Source of the DNA: the human T2T-CHM13v2.0 reference genome, Homo sapiens
Strand: one strand, 5' to 3'
Assembly: GCF_009914755.1 (NCBI RefSeq)
Contig: NC_060943.1
DNA: 64,000 nucleotides
Both the position numbers and the translations under genes were made by a program. Of this stretch, positions 33,661 to 64,000 are shown in pieces. Numbering within the stretch: the first letter of the stretch is position 1; each line of letters opens with the position of its first letter. Under the pieces are notes generated by a model. That model saw only the letters and a list, made by a program, of their open reading frames with translations, made no database searches and was not told the origin of the DNA.

Positions 33661-34050
33661 CGGTTTCACCCGGAAGTGCCAGGCGTACCCACCCAACTTC
33701 GTGCCGTGGTTGCGGCTGAAGCTGCTTGCCCGACTCTTATCCCCTTCTCACCTGGCGGGATACTGCACTCGGCCCCGCCCCTCCCATCCGGGCCCCGCCT
33801 CCAAGCTGGGACGCCCCTTCGTGCGGGCGCCGCCCCTTCACGCTCAAGTAGCTGGTCAAAGCCCTGCCCCTGGCCCAGTTTTCGCACCTCAGCGAGTCCC
33901 GCCCCCGATACTTTTGCAAGCTCCACCCCTCTTCTAACGTGTGCCCCGCCCCCAGGTCTGACCCCGCCCACCCTACGATTCCCGCCCCTGCTCTAGGCCT
34001 TTCAGACTCTCCCAGTTGGGCCCCGGCCCCTTTACAGGCCCCTCCCACTC
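33635..34050 (-). promoter_or_regulatory. HSPBP1: HSPBP1 CpG promoter: YY1 site, tandem ETS/GABP sites, GC boxes
   Basis: GCCGCCATCTT 33635-33645; ACCGGAAAT ~33647; CCGGAAGTG 33670-33678; several CCCCGCCC boxes 33770-33990. Confidence 0.8.
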
Positions 34051-34652
34051 ATTGCTGTCAGTCATCCTTAGAAGGTTTGGGACCTCGCCCCAACTAATCT
34101 GACTTTCGCCTCCACCGGGGCCACCAACCCCATCTACAGGAGCCCTGGGGTCGCAACCGTAATGGCTGGCCTGTGAGCCTTATGCCCCCCGCAACCCCTC
34201 TCTCGGCCTCAGTTTCTCCATCTGTCAAGTGGAGCTGCGGCGTGGATCCCTCTCATCACCCAGCCTCTCCCTCATGGACTCTTCCCCATGTCCTGCCAGG
34301 TGGAGAGGAGAGGATTCTTGAGGCCTAGAGCCGGAAAGCAAAGTGCCCCAGAGCCCAGCAAGATTCAGAGCGCCAGAGGAGCCAGCTTGGTGGGGAGGCC
34401 CGAGGCCTCTGTGCTCCAGAAGTGGGGTTTAGGCCTGGGCACGTGCTGGTGCGGGCCGATCTGCAGAGGTGTTGGCCCTGGGCTGGGCTTAAAGAAACTC
34501 CCGTGTTGATCCTGGATAGGAGGCGTTTTCCTCCAGGAAAAGGTTGTGCTCAACGCAAAACGGGCACACAGTCACAAACGTATCAATCACCTGCTGGGCG
34601 TGGTTGTGCAGGGGGATATTTTGGGCAGAAACAGGAAGACCAAACAGATAGG

Positions 34653-34658
34653 TTGTGT

Positions 34659-34703
<45 letters not shown>
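34653..34703. repeat. (TG)n microsatellite between HSPBP1 and BRSK1 promoters
   Basis: ~25 TG units. Confidence 0.95.
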
Positions 34704-34704
<1 letters not shown>

Positions 34705-34754
34705 TGTTTCTAGCACTGTGCTGTGAGATGCATCTGGGCCTGTGGATGTGCTAT

Positions 34755-35190
34755 TATATTAGTTTCCTATTGCTGCTGTTAACAAATTACTAAGAATGTG
34801 GTGGCTTAAAACAGCACACATTTATTATCTTGCAGTTATGGAGGGCAGAAATCCAAAATGGGTTTCACGGGGCTGAAATCAAACTGTCAGCAGGATTGCA
34901 TCACTTCTGGAGGCTCTCGGGGAGAATGTTTTTCTTGCCTTTTCCAGCTTCTAGAGGCCACACTCTTTCTTTGACAGGTGGCCCCATCACCCCAAGTTCT
35001 GCTTCCACCTTCCCATCTCCATCACTGACTGCTCCTCCTGCCTCCTTCTCACAAATACTCTTGTGATTCCATCGAGCTCACCCAAATAACTGGGATAATC
35101 TCCCTATCTCAGTCACATGGGCAAAGTCCCTTCAGCCATGCAAGGTAACTTATGCACAGATCCTGGGAATTAGGACACGGACATCTATGT
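34755..35190 (-). mobile_element. MLT1-type MaLR LTR
   Basis: TTAGTTTCCTATTGCTGCTGTTAACAAATTAC...GGTGGCTTAAAACA. Confidence 0.75.
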
Positions 35191-35202
35191 ACAAGTCTAT
35201 CA

Positions 35203-36563
<1,361 letters not shown>

Positions 36564-37981
36564 TGGGTGTGCTTTACAGGGGACTTGAGAATTAAATGGG
36601 TGTCTAACACTTGCGGGTACATGACATAGAGGGATCTATGGTTTATGCGGAAAGCTAATGGGGGCAGGCGGGTTACTCACAGGCAGAGCACATGCTTGTG
36701 GACCTGCTACAGTGGGGATGTATGGGCTGTACTGGGGTCCACATGAAGATATAAAGGACCCTATGACGAGCACAGAGAATATATGGGGGTCTAAAAACAT
36801 AACACAGGGAAACTGAGGGGGTTCTGGAAGCTTCTCTGTAAAGAGAATCCAAAATCACTCTGGGCTGTGGGTAGATATGGGGCCTTGACATTGGTGGGGA
36901 CACAGACTTACCCTTACCCTGAATGGGTGGCCTTAGGGGGCTGGGGAAACAGACATGAATTTTGGGTCAGCAACTCCAAGAATTCTTTCCCCTCTCTGTC
37001 TCTGTCTCCCTCCATATGTCCCCACCTCTCCCCAGCACGTGTCCCTCCACCTGTGTGTACCCCCGGCCCTCTCTACAGCTCCATCTGCGCCCCCTCTCCC
37101 CCACCTCTCTGGTTGGTCTTCCTCTCTCTGTCTCTCTGAATCTCTGACTCTCTCCATCCCTCTGTCGGCTTCCAGCAGCTTTCTCTCCCTCTCCCTGTCT
37201 GTTTTCCCGGCTTGCCATTCCTTCCTTCTCTTCTGTCCCTGTCCATCTCTGCCCTTCCTCCCTCTCTGCCTCAGCCTGTCTCTGGTGGTCTCCATCCCTC
37301 TGGCGTCTCTGCCTGTCTCCCGTCTCTGTGTCAGCCAGCATCTCTCTTTGTGTATCTCCATCTCTGCCCCATCTGTTGGGTCCTCTCTCTCTCTCTCCAT
37401 CCTTCCCTCCATCCTCTCTCCTGCATCCTCCCACCTCCTCTCCATCCCTCCAGCTGGAGGCCCGCCCCCTGCCCCCCCTCGCTCCCCCTCCCCCCTCCGA
37501 AAGGGTTAACTTTGGGGAAGGGCCCGGAGTCCCCGGATGGTGATGTCAGCGTGCCGGAGAGAAAGGACGAGGTGGCGGGGGGAGGCGGAGAGGAGGAGGA
37601 GGCGGAGGAGAGAGGGCGCGTGGGGGGGCGGGGGGGACCTCGGCCTGCAGCATCCGCCGGCCCGCACCTCAGACCCCCCCGGCGGGGGGAGGCGCAGGAA
37701 GCGGGGGGCCGGCCAGAAACGGGCTGGGGAGGGGGGGCCCCGCAGCCCCCCTGGGCCATGCTGACTCCCGGGGCCTGACCCCCCCGGGCCAGCCCCCCCT
37801 CCCCCAGCTCCGCGGCCCGCCGACTGGGGGGGGCCAGCCCAGCCCCCTGGGGACCCCCGGAGAGGTGGGGGGCAGCCGGGGGGGCCGGGACGGAGCGGTC
37901 GCCGGCCCCCACCGGAGAGACGGGGCGACCGGCCGCAGGGGGGGCGGCCGGGGGACCGGTCGGGCCGGGACCAAGGGCACC

Positions 37982-62301
<24,320 letters not shown>

Positions 62302-62377
62302 GTGGGTGGTGGGGCCGTGGGTGGTGGGGGGCGTGGGTGGCGGGGGGCGTGGGTGGCGGGGGCGGTGGGTGGCGGGC
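62302..62377 (+). repeat. 16-bp G-rich VNTR at the BRSK1 exon 18 donor
   Basis: GTGGGTGGYGGGGGGC x~5. Confidence 0.9.
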
Positions 62378-62918
62378 AGAGGTCCAGCATGAGCAGGTGC
62401 TCTGGGGTTTGGTTTGCAGAGGACGCCCAGCTGGTGGGCTCCTTCACCATTGTCGTAGCTGAGGTCTTATCTGCAGAGTTGTGAGCAGGTTCCCCGAGAG
62501 GCTGGGGCCTGAGGAGGGTCTCCTTAGCAACCTGAGGACTGGCTCCCAGGAGTCCCTAAGAAGATGACAGGCTCTGTGTTGGGGGTCAGGGAACATCCTG
62601 CCAACAGAGGTTCTGGACCTCTGTCCAGGAGGACGGTGACCCACCGTCCTGGTTTGCTTGGGACTGAAGGGTGTTTCTGGGATGCAGGGCTTTGAGTCTA
62701 AACCCAGGACAAATTGGTCACCATCTTTGCAGGTCTCACAAGTCACCTCACCCTGGGGCTAGGGCCTAATGGTCCCTAGCAACCAGAATTCTAAGCTGAG
62801 TTCATGGGAATGTGCAAGATCTTGCTCTGGGGAATCCGGCCTTCCCGGGCTCCCAGTCCTGGTCATCAAAGACTCAAATTCTCTAGCAATCAGGAGAGCA
62901 GAGGGTTTGTTGCAAAGG

Positions 62919-63272
62919 TGTCTTAGTTCGTTCAGGCTACTATAAGAAAATACCATACACTGGGCAACTTACAAATAACAGAAATTTATTGCTGACAATT
63001 CTGGAGGCTGGGAAGTCCAAGATCAAGCTGCCAGCAGCGTTGGTGCCTGGTGAGAGCTGCTTCCTGGGTCACAGACAGCACGTTGGTGCTGTGTCTTCAC
63101 ATGGCAGAAGGGGCAAGGGAACTCTCTGGGGCCTCTTTCCTAAGGACACTAATCCCATTCATGAAGGCCCCACCCTCATGACCTCATCACCTCCTAACAT
63201 AACCTCCTAATACCATCACCTTGGGATTGGGTTTCAGCACATGAATTTGGGAGGATGCAGTGTTCAGTAGAG
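62919..63272 (-). mobile_element. MLT1A-like MaLR LTR
   Basis: TGTCTTAGTTCGTTCAGGCTACTATAAGAAAATACCA...GGAGGCTGGGAAGTCCAAGATCAAG. Confidence 0.8.
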
Positions 63273-63635
63273 AGCATAAGGGGCACTCGCCCAAGCAACC
63301 AGAGGTAGCCAGAATTCTCAAGGGAAGAGAGCGCCTGCCCTGGAAATCAGCCCTCATTCCTGAGACACGGGGTCACAGGGGACACAGTGAAACAGGGTAC
63401 TGGGCCCCATTGCAGGGCACGTGGACAGCCGTCTGCTCTGAGGGGAGTCAGGCAGCATCAGCCTCACAGGACCCATGCCCCTTCCTGGACCCCTGGACCC
63501 CGTTGAAAGGAAACGGCCCAGCGTTGAGGCCAGGAGCCAGGGCAGCTTTGGCCTTGTCACCAGAAACTCTGAGTCCCAGGGTCAGGTCTTTTGCTCTGGA
63601 GCCGTGGTTCTCAACTAGGGGAGCTGGTTTCACCC

Positions 63636-64000
63636 CGTGTTTGTTTTCTATGGCCGCCGTCAACAAATGACACAGCCTTGGTGGCTGAAACAACACAAGT
63701 GATTTTCGTACAGTCCTGGAGGTCAGAAGTCCCACATGGTCTCTGCAGGCTAACAGGGTGCCTGGAGGGCTGCACCTGGAGGCTCTCTGGCAGAGACTGT
63801 TTCCTTGTGTGTTCCAGTTCCTAGGCGCTCTGGTTAAGGCCCGTTCCTCCATCTTCAAAGCCAGTGACGCCATATATCCCTCTGACTGACCTTAGCTGGG
63901 AAAAGGTGACTCAGTGGGACCTGCACAGATACTCCAAGATAATCCCCCAACTCGTGGTCCCTCACCTTCCCCACAGCACAGGATCTCTTCTGCTGCATCA
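63636..64000 (-). mobile_element. MLT1-type LTR fragment
   Basis: GGTGGCTGAAACAACACAAG...CAGTCCTGGAGGTCAGAAGTCC. Confidence 0.65.

Overview
Alu-dense primate (human-type) genomic DNA, recognisable as the 19q13.42 PPP6R1-HSPBP1-BRSK1 locus. It holds (i) most of intron 1 plus the non-coding first exon and CpG-island promoter of PPP6R1 (minus strand; named from recalled synteny, since no PPP6R1 CDS is in the window); (ii) the complete HSPBP1 gene (minus strand, 7 coding exons with GT-AG boundaries summing to 1080 nt = 359 aa + stop); and (iii) BRSK1/SAD-B exons 1-18 (plus strand, 2179 coding nt; the last exon lies beyond the window). Almost all other ORFs in the track are Alu- or low-complexity artefacts. 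No CRISPR, rRNA or tRNA genes are present, and I found no clearly new gene. The best unexplained structure is non-coding. An ~82-bp inverted pair of ZNF143/SBS-type motifs recurs 3-4 times beside BRSK1 exons, and a 33-bp tandem array of the same motif lies in intron 3. An HSPBP1 intron-7 VNTR copies the exon-7 splice donor and offers a consensus in-frame donor (+86 aa). A ~1.95-kb (CAY)n tract abuts an HSPBP1 acceptor. There is also a five-site RFX cluster in HSPBP1 intron 1, an MLT1B LTR end that appears to supply a branch point, and a tailless U2 retro-fragment. Repeat-family names and repeat coordinates are by-eye approximations.
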